From Octopus sinensis (Eukaryota): a stretch of DNA of 50,999 bases. The stretch lies in assembly GCF_006345805.1 (NCBI RefSeq), contig NW_021834972.1:1-50999 (forward strand). The letters run 5' to 3'. The notes under the pieces were generated by a model, which made no database searches, had not been told where the DNA came from, and saw only the letters and a program-made list of their open reading frames with translations. Shown here one piece after another: positions 13,140-31,475 of this stretch (its first letter is position 1; each line of letters starts with the position of its first letter). The position numbers were made by a program, and so were the translations under genes.

Positions 13140-13840
13140 TTACCTGAAAGCTGATAGAATCGCTAACAAATTGGACAACGTGCTTAACGTCATTTCGTCC
13201 GGCTTTACGGCCTGGGTTGAAATTCTGCTGAGGTCAAGTTTGTCTTTCATCCTTTCGGGGTCGACGAAGTAAATACCATTTGAGTACTGGAGTCGATGTA
13301 ATCGACTAGCCCTCTCCCCTAAAATTCCAGGTCTTGGAATGCTGCCTTTAGTACAAATTGTATTAATTTTATAAACGTATGGCATTTTTGTATAGTGATC
13401 TGCCGATTCTTTTGCCTGCCAACCTAATAAGTCTTTTCTGAAAATTCAATAGAAAGTCAGAAATTTTAGAGGAAAGGTAGGTTGATTACATCGACCACAG
13501 TACTTGACCGGTAATTTATTTTATTGGCTCCGAAAGGATGAAAGGTAAAGTCGACCACGGTGGAATTTGAACTCAGAAGGTGAAGACGGAAAAATACGCT
13601 CCTAGTCTTGTCCAGCGCATTAAGGATTCTGGTCGCTCTTCGCCTTCTTCATAATGGTTTCAAATTTTGGCACAAAGCCAACAATTTCAGGGGAGGATGA
13701 AGTCGATTACGTTGACCCCAGTGTTCAACTGGTACGTATTTTAGCGACCCCGAACGGATGAAAGGGCAAGTCGACCTCAGCAACAAAATACTGCTAAGCA
13801 TTTCGCCCGGCGTGCTAACGATTCTGCCAGCTCATCACAA
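13140..13840. mobile_element. Cluster of three degenerate SINE family 3 copies (one plus, two minus)
   Basis: Recurring tttcatcctttcggggtcga motif or its reverse complement near 13245, 13535 and 13745. Confidence 0.7.
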
Positions 13841-14724
13841 TATAATGATTTCTAATAACACTTTTTACTATTGTTTGAATCTTTGATGCCAGCAGATGGG
13901 GAAGATTCGAGATTCACAAATTCGGTTGATTCTTCTTCTCCATATTAGAGGGCAATAACAAGCCTGTTTTTAACGCCAGATATGAGAAAGCAGCAAACTG
14001 TCCATGCACAACTATCTGCCAAGCGCAACAGGAATATCCAGTCTTTCCGTGCGAGATAAATATATAACTATAATCTGTTAATGATTTCGATTATTCTGAC
14101 AGCCTACAAGACAGGCATGGCTGTGTGATGAAGAAGTTCGCTTCGAAACTACTTGGCTTGAAGTTCAATCTTAGAGTGCAGTACCTTGTGTATATTTCAT
14201 CTACCATAGTTCCAAGTGGAGCAAAGTTGTGAGATCGAAATTCAGTGGAAGGAAACCATGTGGATTCCTGCCGGAGAGAACGTCTCTGATTCATCACCCA
14301 GTTTAATACCATCTTCTGATCCCTAGATGCCTTTAGCAGGGACAACTGTATAGCAAACGCTTGGGCCAGATTGCCACTCTGGGCATAATTTTCCCTCTGT
14401 TCCTTTACTCAATTATGGAACCCTTATGATAGGTTATGTATTTTATCTGTCCGCTGATTAAGTCCTTTGAAATAAATCGCGAGAGGGGGTTTAAATCAAT
14501 TCATGGTAATCGATGAAATACATTGCATCTTTATATTGTTGTTGTCATTGTTGCTTAGCCCCGGTGAACTATGACCGAACAAGCTATTGATCAAAAGTGT
14601 TCCAGCATCGAAGGAAATTGTCAACCCCTTTTATTCTACGGTTCAATAAAGTATCGCGCAGTTCGATAAATGATCAGTTCTCATTCCAAATTTCCGTTAA
14701 AATAAAAGTAAAACGCTTCTTACA

Positions 14725-14730
14725 ATTTAT
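14725..14730 (-). terminator. Candidate polyadenylation signal for terminal exon 1
   Basis: AATAAA on the minus strand 55 nt after the stop, with a second at 14630-14635. Hexamers are common in AT-rich DNA. Confidence 0.35.
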
Positions 14731-14784
14731 TGAAATATCGCTCAAGGTTAAATATGTCCGACTTGCTTCGTTCAGAACATACGT

Positions 14785-19236
<4,452 letters not shown>

Positions 19237-19957
19237 CTGAAATTAGAGAAAAGAAATAAATAGATATAAGCATATATATTAAAAGAAAAAGTATTTCTTG
19301 AATTAAAATAATATACAATTAATAATTCACACAAAGATTATAATTTTTAAGACCTTGAACATTAACTTTTGTTAAATATTTTCATTATGCATATCTATAG
19401 AACAAGATCCCCGTGTCCTAACTCTTAGGTGTTGGACTCGGAATTCCAAGTCCGTATGTTCGATTCTCTGACCGAGGTGCATTTTGCATCTTTGAGCAAG
19501 GCATTGCATCGTTCATCATCCAAATCAATCTATTCAGCTAGAAGGGAGCAGCACAAACAGCAGTTGGGGTTAAATTTGGGAAGGACCGGCTTCCGAATCA
19601 AAAGGGAAAAGTAACCAACGACAGCCGTTTCATTTTCCACTATAGAAATACCATTATGATAACCCTTGCTGCTCATGGACTCGAACTCACACAGTTAATA
19701 CATACACACACACATATATACATACATATATATATGCATATATATACATGTATATATGTGTGTATATATATATATGCATATATATGTATATATGCATATA
19801 TATGTATTTATACACATATATACATACATATTTATATATATACATAAAAACATATATATATATATATATATACATACAATATAAAATATATATACATATA
19901 TATATATGTATATCTATATCTATCTATATATATATATATATACATATGTATATATAT

Positions 19958-19992
<35 letters not shown>

Positions 19993-20443
19993 CATTATAT
20001 ATTATGTATGTATATATGTATGTATGTATGTATGTATAGGAGACTTGTACTCATCGCACAACAATTTTACACTTCATGTTTCGTCTTATATTGCTAAACT
20101 TCCAACGGTGCGGTCTGCGAGGGGGGGGGGCTGTAACGTAACATAAAGAACGCATCAATAATGATGCAGCGTTCGGTTTGATCACGTGTGCTGCTTTTTG
20201 AGGTGCATCTAAGGATCGCATTTGTGTGATATCATGTGCTGCGGAATACTGAAACATATGTAACATGAACTAAGGAATACGAAGTTCAAGCTCACGTTCT
20301 TTTCTCTTGTTTTATATACATATCAGCATCACGTTGATGCCATTAACCAAAATTACAGCATAGAATTTGTAAAAGCATATTATGAACAAGTTTATCATAT
20401 TTCTTAATTAATTGCAATCAAATATCTTATACAATAATGTCTT

Positions 20444-20481
<38 letters not shown>

Positions 20482-21025
20482 CTAGGGTGAAATAACAGCA
20501 GTAGCAACAACAACAACAACAACCACAACAACAACAACAGCAATTACAACAATGAGATTCCTCGTAAGGATTGTATGCCATGATTTCATAAACGGAAAAT
20601 ATATCTTTGAGGAGCTAAAAGAACGTTTCACAAATAAAAAAAAAACACACACACACAAGATTGAGTTATCCAACATAATTAAATTCTATATGCATGTATC
20701 ACTAGAAATGAAGACATATTTTGATACAGATTTGTCTGGATTAGACTTTTTACTGGCTTTATAGAACAGAGCATGACTCAAGGGTAAAATGTGATTCTTA
20801 GATTTTCTAAATAAGAAACAAAATGAAAAGTGTCACATTCAATTATATTATCATCATTTATTTATACATACATATTACAATATATATTATATTATAAGTG
20901 TATATGTGTGTGCATGCGTGTGTGTAGGTGTGTTTGTGGGTAGGTGTGACCTATCAGATATTTATATATATGTAATTATAAATATCTAAATAAAAACTAT
21001 ACAGAAATATGTATATAATTCGGTA

Positions 21026-21061
<36 letters not shown>

Positions 21062-21159
21062 ATATATATATATATAATATATATTATATATATATATATA
21101 TAATATATATGTTTATATATATATATATATATTTAATATAATATATATTATATATATAT

Positions 21160-21199
<40 letters not shown>

Positions 21200-21255
21200 T
21201 ATAATAATATATATATATATGTTTATATATATATATATTATATTATATATATATG

Positions 21256-21286
<31 letters not shown>

Positions 21287-21364
21287 GAAATACAGTTATA
21301 CATAACCACATATAAGTATACATAACAAAGAATTTGAGTAATTTTTCAATACAATATTATTATC

Positions 21365-21670
21365 ATTGTTTACACTATTTACATTTGACCGATATTTGCC
21401 CTCATCTTGTTTGATGTGAACACAACGTTTCGGCTGATATACCCTCCAGCCTTCATCAGGTGTCTTGGAGAAATTTCAAACCTTGGTTCTCATTCCTAAG
21501 GTATTTTTCGATGTTGTTATTAATACCTTAGGAATGAGAACCCAGGTTCAAAATTTCTCCTAGACACCCGATGAAGACTGGAGGTTATATCAACCGAAAC
21601 GTTGTGTTAACAACAAGCAAGACGAGGACAAATATCCGTCCACTGTAAATAATGTAAATAATGTACATAA
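21365..21670. repeat. Long inverted repeat (foldback), ~140-nt arms, 16-nt spacer; Penelope-like terminal repeat sequence
   Basis: ttctcattcctaaggtatt (ends 21505) faces aataccttaggaatgagaa (starts 21522); arm homology extends outward. Confidence 0.9.
21419..21464 (-). ncRNA. Minimal type I hammerhead ribozyme-like motif
   Basis: GACAC-CUGAUGA-A-GGCUG(loop)CAGCC-GAA-ACGU-U-GUGUU: stem I and stem II pair, and stem III is the palindrome ACGU. One extra A after the core. Confidence 0.55.
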
Positions 21671-21728
21671 TTCCTCATCTCTCAAATATAGAACTGTATC
21701 AATATATAATCAAACATATATATATATA

Positions 21729-21772
21729 ATGATATATATATATATATATATAATATATATATATATAGACAT

Positions 21773-21865
<93 letters not shown>

Positions 21866-21923
21866 CATATATATAATATATAATATATATATATATATTA
21901 TTATATATATATATATATTATTA

Positions 21924-21964
<41 letters not shown>

Positions 21965-22021
21965 TATATATATAATAATATATATATATATTATATATAT
22001 ATATGTATATATATATATATG

Positions 22022-22058
<37 letters not shown>
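21729..22058. repeat. Degenerate (TA)n tract, representative of dozens across the window
   Basis: Directly visible. Confidence 0.95.
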
Positions 22059-22681
22059 TAGAAACATTTATATTTATTAGACATAATATATTATAAAAAG
22101 AACATTTAACAATATACCAATATTAACAAAATGTACAAAAAAATATTTACTGCACAAACAATTTTCAAAACAAGACTCAGTCATTAACGATAATATTTAC
22201 ATTCAAATTATTTGCAATAAATATGATTAATTAAAACAAAAGAAAAAGACGATGATTGCACATTGGAATATAGAGACATTGCGATATCAAAACCAAAGCG
22301 ACAACAGGAAAATTTGTAATATTAGTAGAACTTCTTAATATTATTTAATATAATGTTATGAAATTCTATAAAGATGAGCATAAAAATAAGAAGTATTTTA
22401 TCAAACGTAGACTATTCACAGGTGTGTATAAAGGTAGTTTTCAATGGCATTATTCTAATAGAAGATCTCACCTCCAGGTACCGGCAGGAGATAACAAGCA
22501 ATAGTACTGATATACTGTTTGTGTGTGTGTGTGTTTGTGTGTTTGTGTATGTGTGTGTTTGAGTGCGTGTGGGTATCTATGTGTGTATACATATATGTAT
22601 ACACACACAGATACCCACTTATATATATATTATATATAATATATGCATAAATATGTGTACATATATACATTTATAAACATG

Positions 22682-22719
<38 letters not shown>

Positions 22720-22952
22720 GTGTGTGTGTGTGTGTTATATTATTCATTAGTCGTAACAAGGCCGCTTTCCTGTGCAATATTTTATGCATATACGTATTGT
22801 AAAGTCACTTTTCAAATATATATATATATATATATATAAATTAGAATATATATATATATATATATATATACGTACGTATGTATGTTATATATTATTTTAT
22901 TTTATATAGTATTGTATTGTATCATATTTGATATTACATTTTATTTTTATAT

Positions 22953-22986
<34 letters not shown>

Positions 22987-24479
22987 AAAGTAGATAATAT
23001 ATATAATATATTATATGTATGAATATTTATGTATGTATGAGAGTACGTATGCATGCATGTATGTATGTATGTGTATAAGCTGTAAGATATAAAAAATATA
23101 TAGTATACATTTTGACATGAAGCAATGTAGAGGTAAGCAATTTACGAAGCTCTACTCATTATTATTATTATTATAAGTATTAGTGTAGTCAGCTAAATTA
23201 TATAATATCTTGCGTTTTACAGCAGGTTTATGGGAAAATAATAGTTAGCTATATCTTGTAGTATGGTAAATTCCTGAAACGGCATTTTAATTAAAACGGT
23301 TTTACGTCTATAACCATTAATTCAAGAGAAGAATTCTGATAAATTTGGTTAGAAGAGTGAAGATTCTAGAGCTGCTGGTGCTTGGTCTTGAAAGAATGGT
23401 CGACTGAATTGAATTGGTTTGAGTGCTTGGGCAAAGTCCACTGATTATTTGAGTTTATTCTTTAAACCAATGATGATAATAGTATGGTCTAGCAATGCAA
23501 TGTTATCACTAATAATTCCACATACACACACACACAAACACACACACCACACACACACATGCATACATATATATATATATTATATTATATATATAATATA
23601 TATATATATAGAGGAGAGAGAGAGAGAGAGAGAGATGTAGCACGGAATTTTGTCAGTGAACAGGTTGCGGTCTCAGAGCAACGAAAATATTTTGACAAAT
23701 TAAATTTAAATGTTGACGTGAATCTAACGGTTTTTGTGCATTTCTTAAATACCTTATAAACACTTTCCACGCTGCAATTATATGCAAATATATATATATA
23801 TATATATATAATTTTCACTGCTACACGTTTCAAACAACGCTACGACAGTCGTATTCACACATTTCAAACTATCTATAAGAAAATACAATCCAAATTGTTG
23901 GGGAAGCAACAGCAGAAGAATTCAGTGTTCACACTGAGATGGAAAATCGTATTTGAGATTAAATCCTTTCTGTTTAAACGTAGGGCCTCAATATCCTCAC
24001 TGCTACAAACCCAGACGTTAGAACTTTATCCACTTTTACTCACGCCTGACGCAGGTTGCTGCAGAATCACTTATTCTGCGCATGTGTGTGTGTGTGTGTC
24101 TGTCTGTCTGTATGTATGTATGTTTGTTTGTGTCATGCACGCACGGAACAGTTAGTTGGTAATCCATTTTTCTAACAAGCAAGGCAGGTATAATTTTGTA
24201 TTTCAATTTTTACCAAGTTAACTAGAATATCTTAGAAATAAGCTTTGTACCGAACTATCAGTTGATTTTCCAGTTGTCTGACCTTCACCATTAGAGACTT
24301 CCGTTGAATTTTGTACAGATGACTACAACCAAAATACAGCATTATAGGAATATAAGATTAATTGCATTAATAAAATAAAGTGAACATTAAAATTCAATAA
24401 AAAATATTAAATAAAAAAATCAGATGAAGATTATATATGATTTATGACACAACAAATAGATAGACACATCATATATGAT

Positions 24480-24513
<34 letters not shown>

Positions 24514-24552
24514 TATATACATATATATATATACATATATATGTACATATAT

Positions 24553-24599
<47 letters not shown>

Positions 24600-24604
24600 A
24601 TATG

Positions 24605-24673
<69 letters not shown>

Positions 24674-24907
24674 AAAATAAGACAAGGTAGAAAATGCTAA
24701 CATAATTTTATCATGAAGAACATTTTAGTACGGTTTCAGTATTGAGGCGTTTCCAGCTTAGAGTAAAGTATAAAAAACGATTAAATTGTGGAAAGTTAAA
24801 TAAAAGTTTTTTTACAAAAATATTTCCATCGTATTCAAATACAAGGGGCATTTCTTTGTTTCTGCCTGTTCCTTTTCAATCTTCTACACACACACACACA
24901 CACACAC

Positions 24908-24958
<51 letters not shown>

Positions 24959-25074
24959 ATATATATATATATATATATAATATATATATATATATAGACA
25001 TATATATCAGCCGTACAGGTAAAATGTATACATACAATACAACTTATACTCATATATATATACTACTTTCAAAA

Positions 25075-25272
25075 TTTGACACAAGGCCAGCAATTTTTTT
25101 TAACGGGGTGTAAGTCGATTACATCGAACTCAGTGCTCAACTGGTATTTATTTTAACGACCCCGACATGATGAAAGGCAGAGTTGGCCTCTGTTGAATTT
25201 GAACTCAGAACGTAAAGACGGAAGAAATCCCGCTAATGATGTGCTAATGATTCAGTCAGCTTGCTGCCTTAA
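25075..25272 (-). mobile_element. Degenerate SINE family 3 copy
   Basis: Same block architecture as 33501-33897. Confidence 0.65.
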
Positions 25273-25906
25273 AGGATACAATAATATTAACATAATTAAC
25301 ATATTTTAAGTTAATTAAGGAAATGATAGATGAAATTCAGCTGGATGATTCCCTTATACAACGAATAAAAAATTATTAATGTTTTCTAATATATATAATA
25401 GGTTTAGAAGAATCATCCAGAACTAAGCTGAAATTGAACTCTTTCTGGTCATATCTTTGAAAATTAGATTAAAATAGATAAAAAATAAATATTAAAAATT
25501 TTAGTCAGAAGCAAGAAAAGAATGAAGATGTAAATACTGGAAGAACATTGGGGGTAAAATGGTGAGTAGAAATGGTATGAAATTTTCCTTAACTGCGCCA
25601 GGATTTTAAAAAATGGATGAGAAATTAAAGTAGCTGGTTGTAACACCTCAAGAAGAGATGAGAGTAGCATAGAGAAAATAGGGTTATGAATAAAAGCAAA
25701 GGAAATCGAGGTGAGATAAAGATAGGGAGGAGAGAATGAGGTAAGATAAAGAAGGTTAAGGAAGAGAGAAAGGAAATTAAAGCTTCTAATATTAGGGTAA
25801 ACTAATCACCAAAGGAAATCATTAGCTGTTACTTCTAATAAGTCAACGCTTATTTATATAGGTTCTACTTCCATATACTTTAAAATACGATAAAATATCA
25901 CTGTAA

Positions 25907-26300
25907 TCTTTATATATAAAAGTAAGGTTGTGTGCTGTCTGTCTCCTACGATTTACATTCCTAACTACTCCCAAATTTTGCGGTGCAGTTTAACCAAAAC
26001 CGGGTATCTTATAGTCGTGATTCATATCGAGCCCTTCTGGGTATTAGCGCGCGTCTACGATGAGTCTACGATTTAAAAAAAAATTACCATTAATTTTTCC
26101 CATTTTTAATGCATTTTTGGCATATATAAGGGAAGTAACTCTCTAAAAATTTATTATTAAATCTCAGAACGTAAAAAGCTACAGTACCCCCCCCCTTTGT
26201 GATTAGCTATATTGAGATGGCTATTATACTTTACATCTCTAAAAATGCTTATATAGTTATTTCCCTTACAAACCCGAGCAACGCCGGGCGATACTGCTAG
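25907..26300 (+). mobile_element. Non-autonomous Helitron
   Basis: A|TC 5' end, subterminal hairpin cccgagcaacgccggg, CTAG|T 3' end, no TSD; homologous to 28583-29098. Confidence 0.8.
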
Positions 26301-26309
26301 TACTTTTAT

Positions 26310-26710
26310 AAACCCAAATATATAAACGAAATAACGCTCCTTTATATAGGAGTTTAAGTAGAAAGCTAAGCCTTACGTAGGACATAGGAGACCTTTTAAT
26401 TTATGTTTGAGTGAAATCTTGACCTCTATATGTATATATATATTCTATATGCTAAGCGAAACAAGCTGCTGTTGAGCTTTCGTGTATCCTGGTCAGATGG
26501 TGTCTTCATCGTTCTGTATACATTTCTATTGCTTAACAGACTTTGTGCCTACCGCTGTAAATATATATATACCCAAATATATAAACGAAATAACGCTCCT
26601 TTATATAGGAGTTTAAGTAGAAAGCTAAGCCTTACGTAGGACATAGGAGACCTTTTAATTTATGTTTGAGTGAAATCAGACTTTGTGCCTACCGCTGTAA
26701 ATATATATAT
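26310..26710 (+). repeat. Local duplication (A-X-B-A-B) beside the Helitron 3' end
   Basis: ~108-nt block at 26310-26418 and 26571-26677; ~33-nt block at ~26537-26570 and ~26677-26710. Confidence 0.85.
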
Positions 26711-27134
26711 ATTCATGTATATGGTTGATATATTTGTACACAATTCAGTTTGGGTGCGCAAATATCGAAAAGAGTACCCATTTCTTAGCGGAGCATAGAT
26801 TCGATCCACGTACTCTTCTGGATTATAAAACAGCATGGTTCCTCTGTGACATTCTGCTCAATGAATGAATGAGCGAATATAGGGTGTTACATTTTTCATA
26901 GTCCGTTCTGTTACATTACTTCTATTTGTGTTATCTACAATGTGTTATTTCTATGCATTGGACTGCTTCAAATGTACAATGCATACCAAGTACGTAATAC
27001 ATTCGGCAACACTGGGATGTAAATTTACTGACTGAAAGATATTTCATTCTGCCGATACTCCGAGAGTCACATTTGACAAACCACATGGATAGGTCTATAC
27101 GTTGCCGATTTTGTTCTGTGGGGTGGGGGTCCCT

Positions 27135-27537
27135 TCTCTTTTACTCTTTTACTTGTTTCAGTCATTTGACTGCGGCCATGCTGGAGCACCGCCTTTAGTC
27201 GAGCAAATTGACCCCAGGACTTATTCTTTGTAAGCCTAGTACTTATTCTATCGGTCTCTTTTACGGAACCGCTAAGTTACGGGGACGCAAACACACCAGC
27301 ATCGGTTGTCAAGCGATGTTGGGGGGACAAACATAGACACACACACACACACACACACATACATATATATATACGATGGGCTTCTTTCAGTTTCCGTCTA
27401 CCAAATCCACTCACAAGGCTTTGGTCGACCCGAGGCTATAGTAGAAGACACTTGCCCAAGGTGCCACGCAGTGAAACTGAACCCGGAACCATGTGGTTGG
27501 TAAGCAAGCTACTTACCACACAGCCACTCCTATGCCT
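27135..27537 (-). mobile_element. tRNA-derived SINE family 1
   Basis: Colinear with the copies at 9429 and 50313. Confidence 0.9.
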
Positions 27538-28167
27538 ATTTGCTACTTTCAGACCAGCCGAAAGCAAATCAACTCTATAGATGTTTCCCCAGGGCAGCAT
27601 AGCAAGCAAGATCGCCACCTATGTTTTGCTAAGGAAACATAATGAAAGGATTTCTTGTTGTAAACACAGATCCTCTTCACCATTTAGCAAACATAAATTA
27701 TGCTTCTAACCTTTACTGATCTCACCTAAGCGTTTACGTATCGTACCACATGTTTGGTGTTTTATATTATTTTCTAATTTATTTTCAATAATTCAATCTA
27801 TATTTTAATTATTATCTACTTACTTAAGATGAGTTGTCTCCATTTTTAACCTTCAAAAATTTTATATGTATTTAAGATTTAAAGTTATACAAACTAACTT
27901 AAATATTTCGCTCCTTGATATATTTTATTTCTCTCCCATTAATTTTAGACAACTTTTTGAGCCGGAACGGTTGATTGTATGGCTTCTTTGTAGCATATAA
28001 TATATTTCCTATAATCCACAAGCGTCTTCTTCACTATCCCTGCTATTCTGTACGTATCTAAACTTTTGTACACTGTTATATAAACTGTTTTCTCTTCATA
28101 ACCGTTTCTTCTCATATCCCCAATATTTAATCTACTTTTCCCCGTCAAACTCCCATTTCGTTTAGAA

Positions 28168-28458
28168 CAGTGATTCTCAAGGTGGGGCCTGGGAAATTTG
28201 TGGTGGGCTGTTGGATCCAATGTTTTATCTTTTTTTTTTTTAGTGGGACATGGAATTGTGACAATCTTTTTTTTAAATCAATAACGTACTTTTTTGTACT
28301 CAGTACTTACTGAAAAGTTACCGGTAGATACTTTTGTATTAAACAATCGTGATAAAATGATAATAATCAAGTTGTTATTTTACTCCAGCCTCCGGTGGGG
28401 AATGCATTTTTCTGGAAAGTTATAGTGGGGTCTGCAGAAAAAAGGCTGGGAAACATTG
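28168..28458. mobile_element. Probable hAT (Charlie-like) MITE
   Basis: Termini cagtgattctcaa...tgggaaacattg; imperfect 8-bp TSD-like flanks gtttagaa / gcttagag. Confidence 0.5.
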
Positions 28459-28582
28459 CTTAGAGTTTGACTCCAAAGACCTCATATCTCCGCTTTACCG
28501 TCTTCTCATCATATATTCAACCCTTTCCCTCTAAAGTAACACTTCGGCAAGACCATTTAAATTTTAATTCTACCATTGCATA

Positions 28583-29098
28583 TCTATATATATAAAACTG
28601 TAGTTGTGTGAGTGTCTGTCTCCTACGATTTAGATTCCTAACTACTCCCACATTTTGCGGTGCAGTTTAACCAAATTCGGGTATCTTATAGTCGTGATTC
28701 ATATCAAGCCCGTCTGGGTATTAGCGCGCGTCTACGATGAGTCTACGATTTAAAAAATAATTTAACATCATTTTTTTATTCCATTTTAATGCATATTTTT
28801 TCGTGTGTCGATGGCGGCGGAGTTGGCGTCCATGGTCACACCTGCACCTGTGTTGCTTCTCCCCCTTCTTCCCTCCCTCGTGAAGCTGTGGGGAGGGAGA
28901 GTGTAAGGAAATCAACGTCGTAAAGCGTTGTCAAGGAGACCAGCGTTCTTTTAGAACAACGACTTCATGGCTTGAAGACACCAAAACAGAAATGGCTAAG
29001 AAAGCCCGAATTGGCATCTATAAGGGAGGTAACTCTCTAAAAATGCTTATATAGTTATTTCCCTTACAAACTCGAGCAACGCCGGGCGATACTGCTAG
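28583..29098 (+). mobile_element. Non-autonomous Helitron with a different internal segment
   Basis: A|TC...gagcaacgccgggcgatactgCTAG|T; shares the first ~200 nt and last ~70 nt with 25907-26300. Confidence 0.8.
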
Positions 29099-29266
29099 TT
29101 TTTATATAGTTTCTTTGTTTGGTATATTTTCATTGCAATCGTCTTAAATTTCTTACACTTAATTTCTGGTTTTAACTTAGGGACTAGACAGAAGGGTAGG
29201 CAGTCAGAAGATAGATAGATAAATGTAAAATAAAAGGCGTGAGAAGAAGATGATGTAGATATGTAC

Positions 29267-29353
29267 CAAAGTACTTTGTAAGGAATTGGCTGTGCTTTGG
29301 TTCAGTCCAGGTGTTACGGATGGTTGTGATAGTGGCAATGATGTTCCTGTTGG
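29267..29353 (-). CDS. Mucin-like stalk exon A (87 nt, phase 0-0)
   Basis: ttttgtttgtag|CCA...TTG|gtacat; PTGTSLPLSQPSVTPGLNQSTANSLQSTL. Most diverged copy, still open. Confidence 0.8.
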
Positions 29354-29713
29354 CTACAAACAAAATATGACATTGGGCAAATATATGTAAAAATATTCCT
29401 CAATGAAAATAGATAATTGCATTAAATTTAAATGAAATTATCATATAAATATTAAATGGAAATTATACAGCACGCATACGACCCAAGTACAAACACACAG
29501 AAACACACAGAAACACGCACAAACGCACATATACACACATACACACGCAAAGGAATACAAACACACACATAAAATATTGTGCGTATAATATAATATATAC
29601 ATATATACATGTATATATATATATACAAATATATATAGATATATTATATATATATATATATAATATATGTACATATATACATGTATTATATATATATATA
29701 TATAATATATATT

Positions 29714-29747
<34 letters not shown>

Positions 29748-29930
29748 CATATATACATATATTAATTCCTACACATTTTTTCTTTCTCTTTTTTGGGGAG
29801 TTTTCTTTTCGTTCGTCCTCCCATTTTCGAGTGTAGGCTCGAGACGTGAAGACTTTTCAGTTCTTCCGAGCTTTAATCTAATGCATCTGCTCGTCGTTCC
29901 TTCATCTGTCATCATTCTTTTGTTTTCTGT

Positions 29931-30795
29931 TACATACACACATACATGCATACATACGTATGTATATACATACATACATACATACATACATTCATACATG
30001 CATTCATACATACATACATACATACATGCATGCATACATACATGCATACATACATGCATACATACATACATACATACATGCATACATACATGCATACATA
30101 CATGCATACATAAATACATGCATACATGCATACATACATGCATACATACATGCATACATGCATACATACATACATGCATGCATGCATACATGCATACATA
30201 CATACATGCATGCATACATACATGCATACATACATGCATACATGCATGCATACAAGCAAACATACATACATGCATGCATGCATACATGCATACATACATA
30301 CATACATGCATGCATACAAGCATACATACATACATGCATGCATACATACATGCATACATACATACATGCATACATACATACATACATGCATGCATACATG
30401 CATACATACATACATGCATACATGCATACATACATGCATATATACATGCATACATGCATACATACATGCATACATGCATGCATACATGCATGCATACATA
30501 CATACATACATGCATACATACATGCATACATACATACATACATACATGCATATATACATGCATACATGCATACATACATACATGCATACGTGCATACATA
30601 CATGCATACATGCGTGCATACATGCATGCATACATACATACATACATGCATACATACATGCATACATACATACATACATACATGCATATATACATGCATA
30701 CATACATGCATACATACATGCATGCATACATACATACATATTTACTTACATACATACATACATACATACATACAAACATACATACACACATACAT
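29931..30795. repeat. Long compound (CATA)/(CATG) microsatellite
   Basis: Directly visible; source of the 230-340 aa spurious ORFs. Confidence 0.97.
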
Positions 30796-30843
30796 TCATT
30801 ACAAATTATTAGATTTTACATGAAGATTAAGGGTGATATGTAC

Positions 30844-30933
30844 CGAAGTACTTTGCGAAGAATCTGTTGCAGTTCCGTTCTCTCCAGATGTAACGGACGA
30901 TACCAGTGATGACGAAGATGTGGGTCCCGTTGG
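30844..30933 (-). CDS. Mucin-like stalk exon B (90 nt, phase 0-0)
   Basis: ttttggttgtag|CCA...TCG|gtacat; PTGPTSSSSLVSSVTSGENGTATDSSQSTS. Confidence 0.85.
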
Positions 30934-31315
30934 CTACAACCAAAATATGACATGGTACAAATAAATGTATACAAAACACATTACTGAATATAGAGAAAGG
31001 CATTAAATATTAACGAAAACATCATAGAATTATTATATACACAGATCGTGCGAATAGGTGATATACTGAAGGTAGGTGAGAACTATCTCAAAATGATATG
31101 CATTTTCAGAACTGAAGTAAAATTGGGAATTTTAAAAGAGAAAATGGCGTAGAACTGTACACTGTCAACAAACTAAATTCTCTAAAGTTTTTAATTTCTG
31201 TAACAGCAAAGCTGAGACTAAAGATCCCAATTAAACATTCAGAAATATATAATTATGAAATACATATACATGAAATATACATACATACAAATATAGTATA
31301 TATATATATATATAG

Positions 31316-31348
<33 letters not shown>

Positions 31349-31374
31349 TATATATATATATATTATATATATAT

Positions 31375-31475
<101 letters not shown>

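Noticed and set aside
24044-24058. Possible 15-nt phase-0 microexon (QPASG) with a GTGAGT donor
   Set aside because: Acceptor lacks a pyrimidine tract; such matches arise by chance in a 10-kb intron. Worth only a glance in RNA-seq.
27945-28167. 91-aa minus-strand ORF and A-rich tract (also 25470-25790) as a gene or L1 remnant
   Set aside because: No recognisable motif; the ORF begins inside a MITE.
29769-30909. Six overlapping ORFs of 228-342 aa (MYVC/HTYI repeats)
   Set aside because: Stop-free readings of a (CATA)/(CATG) microsatellite; no splice or composition support.
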